A DNA stretch of 64,000 nt from Perna viridis (Eukaryota), in the NCBI GenBank assembly GCA_037379345.1, contig CM074512.1:36642001-36706000 (forward strand). Reading direction: 5' to 3'. The notes under the pieces are model-generated. The model was not told where the DNA came from. It did not search any database and saw only the letters and a list, made by a program, of their open reading frames with translations. Within the stretch, counting starts at the first letter, position 1. Each line of letters opens with the position of its first letter. The translations under genes were made by a program, and so were the position numbers. This document shows positions 26,363-40,700 of this stretch, piece by piece.

Positions 26363-28984
26363 AATAAACAGACGACTTTGCGGTTTAGAAAGGACCATGG
26401 ATTTAGAAAGAAACCTCACTACTATCCTTCAGCAACGTGAGGCACTGAATCGAATAATATTAATGATGTGCAGATAGGCGTTGATACGTGAAAATTAACT
26501 GAGAAATAATTTGTATCTTAAATTTAATATTCTTTTAAAATTAATTTTTCACAACGCATACATTGATGATATTCAGGGGATAGAGTTTGTCCTCTCTTGA
26601 TTAGATGGATTGGATGATGTTAAAATTCTAATTCGCCTGTTTATTATTTCCATAGCTTAATAGCTACGGCTGTTCGTCAGGTGATTGTTATTTAAATACG
26701 GAAAGATTATCGACACCCCCCTTCACATCATCATTGTATGCGCTGTAATATGTTTGTAGTTATGTGTTTTGTTTCTCTATGTATATAAATATTTTATGGT
26801 ACATTTATTACACTAGAATGGCTTGTCAAGATAAAGGTTAACTTGTTTAACACTGTTCTTGAAAAAAAACTTATTTTCTTCTTTCATAATCGTTTGTATA
26901 GTCCGTTTGAGTTTGATAAATCTTCGATAATAAATTCTAAGACTTATAAAATCATTTTTTTTTTAAGTGATTAATTTTTTTTTTATTTTTAAACTTCATT
27001 TCCTTTTCTATAGTGCATACGAATGCCGAATAATATTTTCAAAATATTATTTCAACAAACTAAGAAATTCCCATTATGCTTTACGCAATTTTAAATTTTG
27101 AATATTTTAATAATTTTGTCTGTTTGAATGTTAGAACAGCTATTTAAATTTTTGATGCACATATGAAATTTTTTTTTAAATGTGGTCAGGCGTCATAACA
27201 TCACAAGGTCACTTCCAGTAGTTTGAATATCTATAGATCCAGATGTAAGTACAGGATTAGAATGCATGCTTTTTTGTATTGGCCAATTGACAACTATAAA
27301 TATTTAAAAAATGCTTTAATTTGCGCCAATTTCTGAAATATTAACTATTTCATTTGCGCAACTAGGTTGCATTTCATTTGCGCTATTTTCCGTGTAACCG
27401 TTAGGTAAAGGTACAATCATGTAGATATATAAAGTTTAAGTAAATAGTTTTGACGCTTTGTACCCATAAAAGATTGAATGCAGAACAAGAGGCTATATAA
27501 TACTAGTTAACTTATATTAAATCCTTTGGGGTAAAACAGACATGTAAAGTAATTACAGTGGTACATGTTTGTAAATAATTATTGCAGGTTTATAGTAAAG
27601 AAACATGTATGGTGCTTCTAGGACGTTTTAAGATGACTACGTACTCTGTCTTATTCTGTACACGCTATTTCAGTTTTTTAACCTTCAACATTAAGTGAAC
27701 TTTTCTGCTCCAAATCCAACCTTTGCTTTGCCGTAGTGAGTTTGAACACATAATACTGACAAACAGAGAATATGACTATTAAATTAACCTGCAATTCGAG
27801 TAAATTAAATAATTTATTTATGGCGCAAATGAAATACAAATTGGAAAAAAGCAATGTGCCTTAAATAAGTTGATATCACTTTACTCAGTTAAGTTCCTGA
27901 TTAATCAAAAGCTCTCCAAACATTACATAATAAAAATATGACATTGAAATTATATTAATAGTTTTTAGTTGTTGAAAGAAAATCCTGAAAATATTTCCCA
28001 GAATTCGCGTATATGTACTATAGAAAAGGATATGCAGTAGAAAAGTTGAAATATTATGTCAAATGACTGAAGAATTTTTAAGATTTTTTTTCGAAGATTT
28101 GTAGAACTCAAACGGACTATACCTTGAGTTTTTTTCATGTAATTATGTACATTATCTATGTTTATAAAAAACGTGTTGTTAATTTCAACCCCTTAAATAC
28201 ATTCCAAAACACAAGACACATTGAGCCAGTATACCACCAAAGAACATTAAAAAATCATGTCACAACTGTGTTGTTAAATAACAATATAACAATAAAGTTG
28301 AAAATGATTGCACTTTCCGTATATCCGTTACACCCCTCATTTCGTGCGTTATATAGCTAGGATATGGTGGCTTCGAGCAGATAAACCACTAACATCTCCC
28401 AAAATCATTTGTAACACAGTGTTAGCCAACCAATTACACGATACGACTGACGCTGACCATCAGCTGCCATCAGCCGACTGTTCCTATACGTGGTTTAATT
28501 GTCGCTTTCGATCTAACATATATACTCAATACTGTTAGACCCGGTTTACACTTATACATGTATGTATGTGGTATTTGTAATACATGACGGACTGAGGGGT
28601 TTCTTAAAGTCATCGGCTATCATTTATGGTCTCTCACGGATGGTGTTAAGCATCAGAGTGTTTACACAGTCCCCCGGCATAGTCACACCCGTGAATGTGG
28701 GTCATGGTGTTTTCGGGGAAATTAGTTGTCATGTGATTACGTTCATTCGTTAAATTGTTAAATTCATTAAAAGCACCACACGTGATTTAATATCGATCCG
28801 TGACCTAGTGATCCAATTAGTGATATACAACCTACTGCATTTGCTGAAATTTTAGATTTTGGTAAAGGGGGGGGGCAAAAAAAATTCTTAATAGGAACAC
28901 CGGTGAGGATCACGAGGTGAGTTTTTTTCATAATTTAACACACAATTTTTTCAACAATTTTTTTCTAAGGCATCCTCTGGATCT

Positions 28985-30102
28985 TTGGCCCTCGAAATAC
29001 TATTTGGGATAAAATCAATATTTACCAGTGCAAAAAATAAGTTATGTTTCCGATCAACATTAAAAAATTTTGTCGAGTCGGAAGGTAGGGATTTATTTTC
29101 ATTTTTCTTTACATTTTGAAACGAAGTAAATCACCAAATCAGAATACAATGAAATACAAATCTGCAAAGACTAAACATTTAATAGACTCAGTCCACGGCC
29201 TAATCCCTTTTGGGATTCGTCGCTGGAGATGTTTTTTTTTTTGTTTTTTATTAAACATATCTCAAGCGTCGATTTCTAAAAAGGGATTATCCTCGGCCAA
29301 GAGCACACTCCCGGCATGTGTGTTTACAATCTATTATAAATATAAGCAACCAGTTTTTCTAACTCCTTTCCATCTATGATAGGAAAGAAATCTTTGGCTT
29401 TATTTTCTTCTTCAAAATTGCGTTTTATTAAGTTGAATATGGTCCATATTTCTTCACATTTTGCTGGAGGAAAAACTTAGGATCCAAGGTTAAATAGGAC
29501 CTCCCTTCTACATATCTTTTATGGGTTTATGTTCCATACACGTACGCGTATATCATGCATATGAACTTTTTGACGTTTTGTTGCAAAACACATGGCATTT
29601 AGGAATCTGCTAAGTTCGGGTAGTTCCATTAGCTGCCCATTACTGTAACGTGAAGTTTCGGGGTTCTACATTATACATATAGAGGTTATGTACACGTAAA
29701 AGTACAGTGTACATGTAAGTACATTCCCAAGGAGATGTACGATTTTTAGTTTTTCTATATTGTACATGTCCGACTGCATGTGCTGACAACTCTTTATATG
29801 ATTTTTAATTTATTAATTTTCTTTTAATGACTTCGTGTCAAAAAAGTAAAGTTTGTACATGTACATAAAATATAATTTAGTCTCCTTCATACTTAAATAT
29901 TGTACACGTAAAAATAACTGAATTTTGTTAAATTGTGAGAAGATTTACAGGATTTAATGAAATAGAGATTCTAAAGAAAAATTAATGATAGTGTTGTGAA
30001 GTGCTGAATGCAGAAATAATACTGGCAGTGCCTCTGGATATATTGTACACAACTGCATAACAAGTACTGTAGTATACAGTTTTTGTCCAAGGAAACATTT
30101 TT
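28985..30102. repeat. Left arm of a diverged ~1.1-kb inverted duplication (partner 33868-35147)
   Basis: Colinear reverse-complement blocks, e.g. AGTCCACGGCCTAATCCCTTTTGGGATTCG (~29190) vs CGAATCCCAAAAGGGATTAGGCCGTGGACT (~34847), and TTAGCTGCCCATTACTGTAAC (~29629) vs GTTACAGTAATGGGCAGCTAA (~34384). Confidence 0.85.
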
Positions 30103-30832
30103 CAGGCTACAAACGTATAATAACTATTTAGAAGTTGTATATATATAAACCAAACAGACATGCTACAATGGTAAATAAATTGGGGAAATAGTGTACGTGT
30201 AAATGAAATCAAATGATTAATTGATATATTTAATACAAGTTTGTTAATACATTGTATAGAAGTGAAATAATTCATCCTTCAAATGATAGCTCTTAAAAAT
30301 CTTAATATAAAATAGATTGTTAATGTCAGTTTGTATGGATAAATAAGCTTGGTTCATGTATGGTCTTGTGCCACGTAAAACTATATCTATTATGATTTTG
30401 ATGAGTCACTTTAGAGATATAAATTTTCTCTCGAGATTTCATTGCTTAATATTCTTTCCCATCATTTTCGGGACTGAAAACAAAGAACCCGATTTTTGCT
30501 TTTTGTTTCACAATGTCTGCTCTTCCAACGCTACATTCAGCCGTGTTAGCAGATCCTAAGCTTGATTTCTATTCTTCGACAACATAAATCGTTAAATATT
30601 GGTTTTCATATAGGTCAAATGAATTTCCATAGCCACAAAGCTTCAAGGAGTACTCAAATTAATACACAAAACTAATTATCTTCAATTAAGTCAAGTGAAT
30701 TTCCATTACTATAGAACTTGGAATATATTCAGATAATATATCATTGCTTTAAAGACGCTTAAAAAATATTCAGAAAATCTTTGTCAGAATTCATCTTTTC
30801 TTTCTTTATTTCTTTTCCCTTATGTTTCATTT

Positions 30833-32436
30833 CTATCTTTTTCTTATGCATTCTTTCTTTATTAGTCCTGTTTCCTCCTTCTCTTTCTTTGTGTTTTCCC
30901 TCGTCTGCTTTCTCCATTCTCTCTGCTTCAACTCATTTTTTTCGTTATATCTTTTATTTATCATTTTTATGTGTGTTCTGGCTGTTTTTTCTTGGATTTT
31001 TTTTGCAATTCCTTGTCCCCTTTGTCTTTTGTCTTTACAATTTCTTTAAGTTGTTTGTTCTGGTTCTTACTGTAGCCCTGTGCAATAAAAGCAGACTGTT
31101 GCACAATTTACACATGTTGCATTATTTTTTACTAAGGGGATTAGTAGTCATAATTACTTTACTGTATCGGTTCTTACAGGTTTAAATCGACAAAACATCA
31201 TTCAAAGGACTTATTACCAAACGAGTCATAATATCTGTTCACTTATAGATTTCGGTTAAGACAGGTTTCTGGTTCTTTCACGGTTCCATAAAAGGCATTT
31301 CTTGAAGTGTAGGTTCCAGACACATTTACTTGAATTAGGGGCAAGTTAACTACACATAAATTACTCATTATCACCCTCAAAGTTTGAAAACTACATTGAC
31401 AAACCCTTTTTTTTCTGTTAATTGAAATGCAATGTCTCCTACTCCTTTTTGTGTCCCTTCATGGTAATCTGAAAGACAAGCAAGTGACAAAGTCCTTATC
31501 GAATTCATTTACACGACTCGGGCCTGAGCACTGAAATAAATTCGCAAATGGTATATCACATTAATACAACTTTATGTTGATAAAGGTAGAGTTTTTAAAT
31601 TACAAATAATTATGTATTCAGATTCATAAAAATGTTTACTCATTTCTCCCATTGTCATTTCAACTTTGTCCTTTTTTCTATTGCCACCTCGAAAGTTAAA
31701 GTGGAAATGACATCTTGGCAGAACGGTTTGATTGCTTCGTCTTTGGTCAAGGTCACCTGAGGAAAATTTCAGGATCAAAATGATTCATCTGATGCGTTTG
31801 ATGCATTGTATACATGGGAAAAGATGATGCGTTTGGTACATTGTATACATGGGGAAAGATCAAAATTGAAAAGAAGCAAAAGCCATAGTAATTTATTTAC
31901 TGTAGCTTAATACTATCACAAAATATGGACACGTACATATATTACGAAGAACAAAAAACGCTTTCTTCCTATCTCCAAAAGCCAGTTTTTGATGATCAAA
32001 TACAATTGAAAAATTCATTTTCGGTATAATACCTACTTTTATCTGATATCTAATACATGGTGGTCCAGAATCGGTTTCTCTTCCCTTATTAACGGCTTGG
32101 TGTCCTAAAATTTGACAAGTCAAATGATGTGACAACGGTAAAGGGAAACTACAACGTAAAGGCGATGTGTTATGTGATTCTGACCATACTGATGTCATGT
32201 AATATACTAGTACATGTATTCATATAATCATATTTAACTCGTCACATATTTTAGTATTTACAATGGACACCAATCTCCTTTTTTTTTACCTTCCCTCTTT
32301 ATTGGCTTGACGTTTCTGATTTTATAGCTGGGCATGGCTTCTCTCGTCTGCTTCAGAGAGAAGTGGAAATCTCGTGCTGATATTGGTACCTGCTTTACGT
32401 GGACTTTTGTCCTTTCCCGTCGTTTTCGTTCCATGT
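30833..32436 (-). CDS. Orphan Lys/Arg/Glu-rich exons: alternative 3' end of L1 or remnant of a third gene
   Basis: Clean phase-1/1 exon 32436-32290 (MERKRRERTKVHVKQVPISARDFHFSLKQTREAMPSYKIRNVKPIKRE). Acceptor at 31077 followed by GYSKNQNKQLKEIVKTKDKGDKELQKK, continuing in another frame after an A8 run. The two exons are not phase-compatible directly; linkage uncertain. Confidence 0.4.
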
Positions 32437-32982
32437 CTGAAAATGAAAATTAAATCTGAAAAATTAAGATTTGTCCTAATTCAACGAAGATCGACCTGAA
32501 AATGTAAGACCAGCTACTGTGTTCTTTTTGCCAAAGACTCTGAAAGTATAAGTAGAGAGATGAGTATCGAGGCAATTCCGATAACAAATGACTAATAAAA
32601 AAAATGCATATATAATAAACAATGTTAAATTATAACACGAATGCAGTAAAACGTAACATAAAGTAAAGTAAAATATGCCTATTGAAAATATATATTAGGA
32701 ACTTACTGAATTCGCCCAAAACCCACCTAATTATGTCCGTTTTAGCGATATGTAGATATTTTTGTTGCACGATGACAGGGCAATCAATCCTTCCCCAAAG
32801 AAAATGCACGTCTGTATTGTCTGAATAGTTCACCTATGGTGCGATCGCTAGCGACGTTGCTTTGTAACGTTAAGAATTCATGTAGACCTCACAAACGCAT
32901 CGCGAATGCTTTCGATGGGGCATGGTTAATAGTCTTTTAAACGTAATGTAATGCCCAATCTGTGAATTTTATTTTAACTGAA

Positions 32983-33190
32983 CAAGTGTGGACACAGACT
33001 GGTATTGCCCAAGAGGCAAGTATGGACGCAGACTGGTATTGCCCGAGAGGCAAGTATGGACGCAGACTGGTATTGCCCGAGAGGCAAGTATGGACGCAGA
33101 CTGGTATTGCCTTGAGGCAAGTATGGACACAGACTGGTATTGCCCGAGAGGCAAGTATGGACGCAGACTTGTATTGCTCGAAGAGCAAAT
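32983..33190. repeat. 34-bp minisatellite, ~6 copies
   Basis: Unit AAGTATGGACGCAGACTGGTATTGCCCGAGAGGC. Confidence 0.92.
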
Positions 33191-33399
33191 TTGAACATAC
33201 ATACGTTTTGTCTTGAATATGTATGCTTTGTCTAGAAAATTCCTTCATTTACTGATATCAATAATTGAATTATGCACATGTTGGTAAACATCCCTTAACA
33301 TATGTTACTAAATATCTACTGACATCAATAAATATATATATATCAATGCTTCTTTCTTGAAGGTGTACTTGCACGGATGTCTTCGAAAACAGAGTGAAT

Positions 33400-33490
33400 A
33401 TGGACGACGACAAAACGGACGCCGCCGACGATGACGCCGCCGTCATCACCATACCAATATACGACCGCATTTTTTTTTGCGGTGACATAT
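33400..33490 (-). mobile_element. End structure of a Helentron/HINE-like element
   Basis: Hairpin ACCGC-A(T)n-GCGGT next to GTATATTGGTATG and a GCGTCGTCGGCGGCGTCC-like tract on the minus strand. Confidence 0.45.
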
Positions 33491-33867
33491 ATAGGCAGAT
33501 TCAGAGTTATGCATGCTCAATATCAATTCATTAAAAAGCCTGTCATTTACTTTTACTTAAGACCAAATTAGCAGTCAGTGTGTGTGATTTGCTAAGAATT
33601 TACATCTATAAGATCTTTGTTTTTTTTAGATTAGTCCTAGTTAAACAGTTCTCTATCAAAAGAGAAAAACACTGTAAAGTTTTCCCACTTACAGTCATGT
33701 ACTCAAAAGAAAACATTCAAAATTCTTATGAATCATAATTACAATACCGGTATATGAAGGACTTTAACTAAGGCTAAATCCATCGATACTGGCTCACAGT
33801 TAACACTTCAAAATCAATATTTCAACTAAATCTTGTATCAAACAATTTTATCAACTTCTAAATAGTA

Positions 33868-35147
33868 TGAAAAATGTTTCCTATACTATAGTACTTGTTT
33901 TGCAGCTGTATAAAAATATATCCAGAGGCAATGCCAGTATTATTTGGTTTCAGAACCAATATAACTTGCATGTTCAGTACTTCACTACATTGTCATTAAC
34001 TTTAGAATCTCTATTTCATTAAATCGTGTAAATCTTCTTCACAGTTTAACAAAACTTATTTTTACGTGTGTAGTATGTAATAATGCCTTGATACTTAATA
34101 AAACCCCCACCTTTTTAACAAATGTTGAAGTATGAATGTGACTAAAATTATATTTTTATGTACATGAACAAACTTTAAAGTTACTTTATTGGCACGAAGT
34201 CAAACACAAATGCTTTAATCAAAAATCATATTAAGAGTGGTCAGTACATGCAGTCTGACATATACATATAATTACAGCAAAACTAAACATCGTCGGAGCT
34301 TCTGGGGATGTACTTACACGTACAATGTACTTTTACGTTTACATAATATCTGTATGTATAATGTAGAGTCCCTGAAACTTCATGTTACAGTAATGGGCAG
34401 CTAATTGGACTATCCTAACTCAACAGATTCCTCAATGCCATGAGTTTTGCAACAAAATAGCTTGACAGACAACCTTTAGCACTGCTGGAGTAATAAATAG
34501 ACCATCATATTAGGCCTTAAAATATGTCATGTTTCCGGTCACCCTACCGACCCTCCTTCAGACCCCTACCCAAGTTTTTATTTGTTATTTTGAAAAAAAA
34601 AATATAAAGTCTGCCGATTGTCTTTCAGAAAAAAAAGTAGAATATAAAGCCATATATGTTCTTTTTCTATCCTAGATGGAAAAAAAGAAAGAGAAATATT
34701 GGTTGTTATATTCAGATTCGATTGTAAACACACATGCCGTGAGTGTGCTCTTGGTCGTGGACAACCCCTTTTGGAATTCGGCACTTGAATTAAATATTTT
34801 TTTGTTTTGACCACCACCGTCAAAACAAAAAAAATATCTCAAGAGTCGAATCCCAAAAGGGATTAGGCCGTGGACTAAGTCTATCAGTTTAGCATATTTG
34901 GTTCATTGTATTCTAAGTTTGTTGTCACTATGACTTATTCCATTTAAAAAAAATTAATAAAAATAAATCCCTACCTACCGACCCGACAAGATTTTAGAAT
35001 GGGGATCGGAAACAACATTATTTTTTTTTCAGCCTAGAAGATTTCTCATCAATTGACTGGCGTGCACCATTAAGTTGACCTATCTTTCTGCCTTACATGC
35101 ACTTGGAAGTATTGATTTTATCCCAAAAAGTAGTTTGCTGGGTCAAA
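33868..35147. repeat. Right arm of the inverted duplication; a composite of two MITE remnants
   Basis: Reverse complement of 28985-30102. Contains the TIR end TAGCACTGCTGGAG|TA (~34490) and a TAGGCC..AGCCTA-bounded element (~34511-35036). Confidence 0.8.
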
Positions 35148-35156
35148 GGGTCTTAA

Positions 35157-35888
35157 AGCTGCATTTGCTGTCGTTTTGGTAAATTTTTGTTACTGTTGAA
35201 ATATGCCTCAACTTTGAATTTTTTCTACTAAATTGTACTTTTCCTGTATAATTTCACTTGATATCCACGTCAAATAAAATGCATTTAATATATGAAATAG
35301 GTGTCGATATAATTATTGTCTTGCAAGACAAAAAAGTCGACCAAGATAAATACGTATGCATGTAACTTCTGGTGACCTTAATCCGCGCATGTGCTGTAAG
35401 GGTCGATTCTTTAAAAAAAAATGGAAAGTGGAAGTGGTTAATCAACGGCAAGGAAGACCGACGGACTGAAGCCGTAAAAAGTTCGAATGTAATGCAAGGA
35501 TCCTTTTGTAATTTACATATTGTGATATGATGTGGCACAAATATGGTCAGTAATTGTTATTATTTATTATTATTATTGTTGGTATTTGAAAACTAATCAA
35601 GGAATAGATCAAATGAAAATGTAAACAAGATACATGCTTACCTGTGTATCCATTATTATTATTTTTTAACTCGGATGAATATACTGTCGGCAGCCTCCGG
35701 AAGTAATGGCGAAAAATAATTTGATCAGAGCTGTCGATCATCTTTGATTAAAAAAAATGTTGTATTCACAATATTCTGTAGGTATTATCAGCATTTATTG
35801 CTTCAATTGCATTACTACAAACTTATTTCATTGAATCAGCAAAATTCAGTAGAATCAGAACTGAACAAATTTGGCAGCTAATGCAGCT
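35157..35888. mobile_element. TTAA-target MITE (Kolobok-like termini), copy 1
   Basis: TTAA|AGCTGCATTTGCTG...CAGCTAATGCAGCT|TTAA; internally homologous to 48748-49504. Confidence 0.85.
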
Positions 35889-37794
35889 TTAAGATTTTTA
35901 AACCTATGATTTTAGAATTCCGAGCAGTGATATGAACTAGTTTTGCATACATAAGGCCCCGTTTTTTTATTGGAATGTATCATTATGCAGTGTGTGAAAC
36001 CTTTCTATGAATAATCTTTATGTATACATGTACACATATTTGCTTTGTTAAACTGTTTTTTTTTTTTTTATCATGATCATAGTCACGGCGAGCTTATCAA
36101 AAGTAAAATAAAACCCGTTACTTTTTTTTCTTTTTCTTTTCTTTTCCCTTTTTCCGATTTCAATGAAATTTTCGCTTTTGTTTTTGTCATTAAATTAAGT
36201 TTGTTCATGATCTGGCAAATAAGCCAAAAGCTTCCAAGTTATCACAGGGTGTCATTTTTTTCTGCGACTCTCCCTACTCATATATATCACGGAATTTCAC
36301 CAAGCTCCACAAAGGCCAGACGTTCGTTTCCGCTCTTACTAAATGCTGCAGATAGGCTTTTCGAAATTCTCGGGCATTGTTCAAATTATACGTGTCGTTT
36401 GACAACATAGCGTAAAATCATTCACTTTTCCCCGACTTTGGGAGATTCTTGCCTGTTCTGATAGGGCTGGCTGCTGCGTCTAGAATGAATTTCAAACGTC
36501 AGACGCTATTCGGATCTTGGGAATTTCACAAGATTATAGGCTTTTGTCGGAATGAATAAAACAATCGTTAAAAGCCGTTCCTCCTGAATAAAGTAGACAA
36601 CGTATGATTTATGTTTTCATATCCTTTATATAAATTGATAACCTTCTAATTCTGCCTGTATGTGTGGATTTCATAAATACTTGTTCTAAAAATGTTCATA
36701 GAATTAACTTTTGAGAAAAGTTCTAGTTTCCATGGGATAATTTTCTGGCAACATTGAAAAATGCTTGACAACAACTTCATCAGCACCATACTAGGCTTGC
36801 TGTGTTATATTGCACTATAAAGTAGTAGTGTTGTATATAATGGCTTTTTTCCTCCGTACAAAATAACAGATCCAATAACCCCATGACATCTTCCAACATG
36901 TATAGAGGGAGAAATTGAGCACAATGCAATGAACAAAAATCCAAGACGAAGATATTAGCTTTCTTAATTAATGAAGTAGCAACTCTATCCATAAGTAAAG
37001 TAAAAAGTATGATTTTACATCCAGAATATATGTGTATATGTTTATATACTTTTTCTGTATTGATTAAAATTATAATCAAAGCTAGATACTTGTAAAGTTT
37101 CGTGAACTTACATGTAAAGAAATCAAAATATATTTTGTGATATTTGAATAAAAAAAACTCTTATATACTGAAAATATTCTAAAACGGTGAATGGCTACTG
37201 AGCCTTGTTTGCATTTCATAATTAAGAAGCAAGCAGCTATGTTTACCTAATGCAAAAAGGCAAACACAAGACAGATTTTTTTATATATATTTTGCAAAAA
37301 ATCATCTTTTTCATAAGCTAAAATTGTCTTAGGTCGGTAATAATATATCTTCATATATACTCTCTTTGCTTTATCTGTATATACTTTTCACTCTTTTCTT
37401 TAAGTACCAGTCGATAAAATTGTGTAAAAAATCTCTCCGAACAAACGGTCCTAATGCTATATTTTACGTAACGATAGTCCTGTATTCAATCCGTATTTTT
37501 GAGATCTCCCAAATCAAACCAAATTAAAACGATTACTCTTGCAAAAAGCCAATTTCATACACAATTTATATAATGACTATCTCAAATTAAAAGTGCAACG
37601 ACCAAATGACAAACTAAGACTAGTTACGTAGTTTTTTGAATTAGAAATAAAAGTGAATTTTATCGGTTTCTGAAATTCATGAATCACCTCTGATTTTGTA
37701 AAGACTGGTAATCAATTATTCAACTTAATATTCATATTCAATTGTCCGAAATCCCGTCTTGTCCGAGTATGGTTTCTTCTTTTAATATAACAAG

Positions 37795-40700
37795 TTAATG
37801 AGGCTGGCGCCCGATTGTCGTTTTCTTACGAATGTGGTCCCTAATGCTGGAATGCAATCTCAACTTTGTAAGTACTTTATTTTCAGAAATTCTATCATCC
37901 GGATATCGATTCTTCCTTAAGACCAATTTCTTCAACATTCGTTCAATATTGTTCGGTTTTTCTTCTTTACCTACAATATGTACTAAGGTCCAGTTAAATG
38001 TGTTATATAAAACAGAGTTTACAACAGTTTTTGTTTTGTTTTGTTTTGTTTTGTTCCGAATTTCCTCTGATCCTGTAATACTCCTCTATTTTATTTGGAT
38101 ATTGATATGTCGGGTGGGGTCAGAACGATGTACCATACAAAAAGTTGGAGATTCAGCGGTACAGGGGCGGGTCCGGATAAGGGTGTAATGGGCGTAACCC
38201 ACCTTTTTAAATATGTCATGATCTGGTATCCTTTTATATCGATTCTCGTAACTACGCCTTCCCTTCTTAAAATCCTGTATCCGCCCCTGGCGGAGTACCG
38301 CCCTTCAACCGCTTTGTTACGATTTTCAAGTTAAAATCGTGCATGTCACATTTACCTCGTTTGATTCCGGAATCATTTTTATGTATGATGAAACCATATT
38401 TGCTACATAAGTTGTATTTTTATCAGAATTATGAAATATTTTGTTAGATTCCGATTTTCAAAATCGTGTCTGCTCCATTTCGAACGAAAAGTAACAAGCT
38501 CCGCCTACTAGGAAATTCGGACTATATCTATACGCTCGCTGTAAAGTAACTGTTAGTCCAAAGCTGTTATAATACATGGAAGAAGTTGATCATGACCTGT
38601 TCATTGTATATAGTAGAAAACTGATTCCTTTGGGTTTGTGCTTTAACATTGAAGATGCAATGACACAATATAGGTATTCAACAGTCAATAGAATGAACAA
38701 ACACAGGAAAATATGCTTTCGTTGAGGGATCTTCTTGTTTTTTTAAAGCTCATGCTTGTCAACGTGTGATCACATACGCAGTGATTTAAGACAAAACTTA
38801 CACTCACTTGCCTGTCCTGTACCTCCCCTCAGTTCATCACTGCAGTCAAGTTCATCTGAGCTATCCTGACAGTCAACGTACAAATCACACCTAAATTCTT
38901 CAGCAATACACTGGCCGTAAGTTTTACAATGAAATTGGTCAGAGTCGCATTCCCAATCAATATCCGTTCCATTTTCATGTTGTTCAGATGTCATTTCTGC
39001 TGATGAAATACGTGCAACTTAGGGTAAAGAGTAATTAGGGAACCAAGATTATAGGAAAAATTAAAAGAATGAAGTCCAGGGACAAAGACCAGACATGGAA
39101 AACAAGACACACACACACAACACAGGTCAGACTTTGTAAAATAACAAAAAATAGTGCACACAAAGCAGCAAAAGTAAATGAAATCTTTTACGTTTGAAAA
39201 TGTTTTGCTAATTATTTAAGAAGAATAGCTAGAAAACAGATTATCTGAATATTTTTATAACCGCAAGATGATACGTTTAATTGTTTTCACTTGAAAAGTT
39301 GTTTTTTTTTTTTTTATTTTGTTGGCCAGAACATGTCTAAGCTTAAAAAATAGGTAAATGAACCAGATACGTCACTAAAATAGAAAATAAATTATAAGAT
39401 TGTATATCTAAAAGAGTAATCAAGGGAACCAAGGCCACAGCGGTAATCAAAAGAATGTAATCCAGGGACAAAGACCAGACATGGAAAACAGACATACACA
39501 ACAAAGAACATAAAGTAACTAAAATCATACATAGAAAGTAACAAAAGTAAATGAGCAACTCGGACTCCACTAAAAACTGGGAGCATGGACCAGGTGCACC
39601 GGTAGGGTAAGCGTCCTAGGATTTTATCTCAACTATATACGAATGATAAAATATACATACATTGTACACGGATACTACCACGGATTGTTAATGTATCTGG
39701 TCTTACGTGTACCAGATATTCAAAAAGATTTAATGTATAATTGGTGTCTGTGGGTGAATTTCAAAATACAAGTACTTTGTTTTGCCTCTTCATAGCTCGA
39801 TGTTCTGTACATCGAACTAACTCTAAAGTGAATCAATTACAAATCAATATGTTCATGTGTCCTTACTATCAGTCTCGTCCCAAACATCACAACTGGCTTC
39901 GTCAGAGGCATCCAGACAATCTACAAAGAAGTCGCATTCATAATCCCATGGAATACATTCATCGTCCATAGCACACTGGAACTCGTCGAGTGTACATTTT
40001 CTTGCTTTTGTTGGATTCTGGGTTGACGCTATATTTAAAAAAATAGGATAGTGCTATGTCAAATTAAAAATGTTGAAGCCAAACGGGTTACATGAAAATA
40101 ACCCAATTTGGAAACCCAAATATGTAACTTTTTGTGACTCTTTTTCTAGTTTAGAATATCGCTTTCCCCTTTCACCTTGGTAACAAAACACTTGTTTATA
40201 TATAAATAAAAAAGTTTGGAATGATGATTTGCATTATACATTGATAGTATCTCCTGTTTTATATCACTTTTATATGATTTATATCTTTATCAAACTATTG
40301 TGACTTTATGAACGTGAAAATTGTGAATAAAATGTATCAATTTATGCATTGTACTGGTTTTCGCTATTTTCTCGTTGGGCAAATACGCGCAAAATAAAAT
40401 AGTATCTACGCGATTAGTTTTTCACAATATTTTTCAAAACTGCGAATTCAATATCCGCGGATGCGTACCCACAAAAATCAATACGACTACAGTATCTTAC
40501 GTCCTGGTGTAACCCCTCCACCACCCATGGTACCGCTATCATCGCCACAAAATGCTTCATCGGAGTAATCTGAACAGTCTGGATAATTATTACATTTGAA
40601 ATTCTTGGGGAAGCATTGTCTATTACACTCGAACTCATCTTCTGTGCATTGGATTGTTAGAGTATTATCTGTATGGAATAATAAAAACATGTTCAAATGT

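Noticed and set aside
30781-31185. Hydrophobic 134-aa plus-strand 'membrane protein' ORF (likewise 53872-54144 and 37832-38188)
   Set aside because: These are antisense shadows of purine-rich K/R/E-coding sequence on the minus strand.
36240-37080. Possible decayed coding sequence
   Set aside because: Slightly coding-like composition, but no recognisable motif or consistent reading frame.
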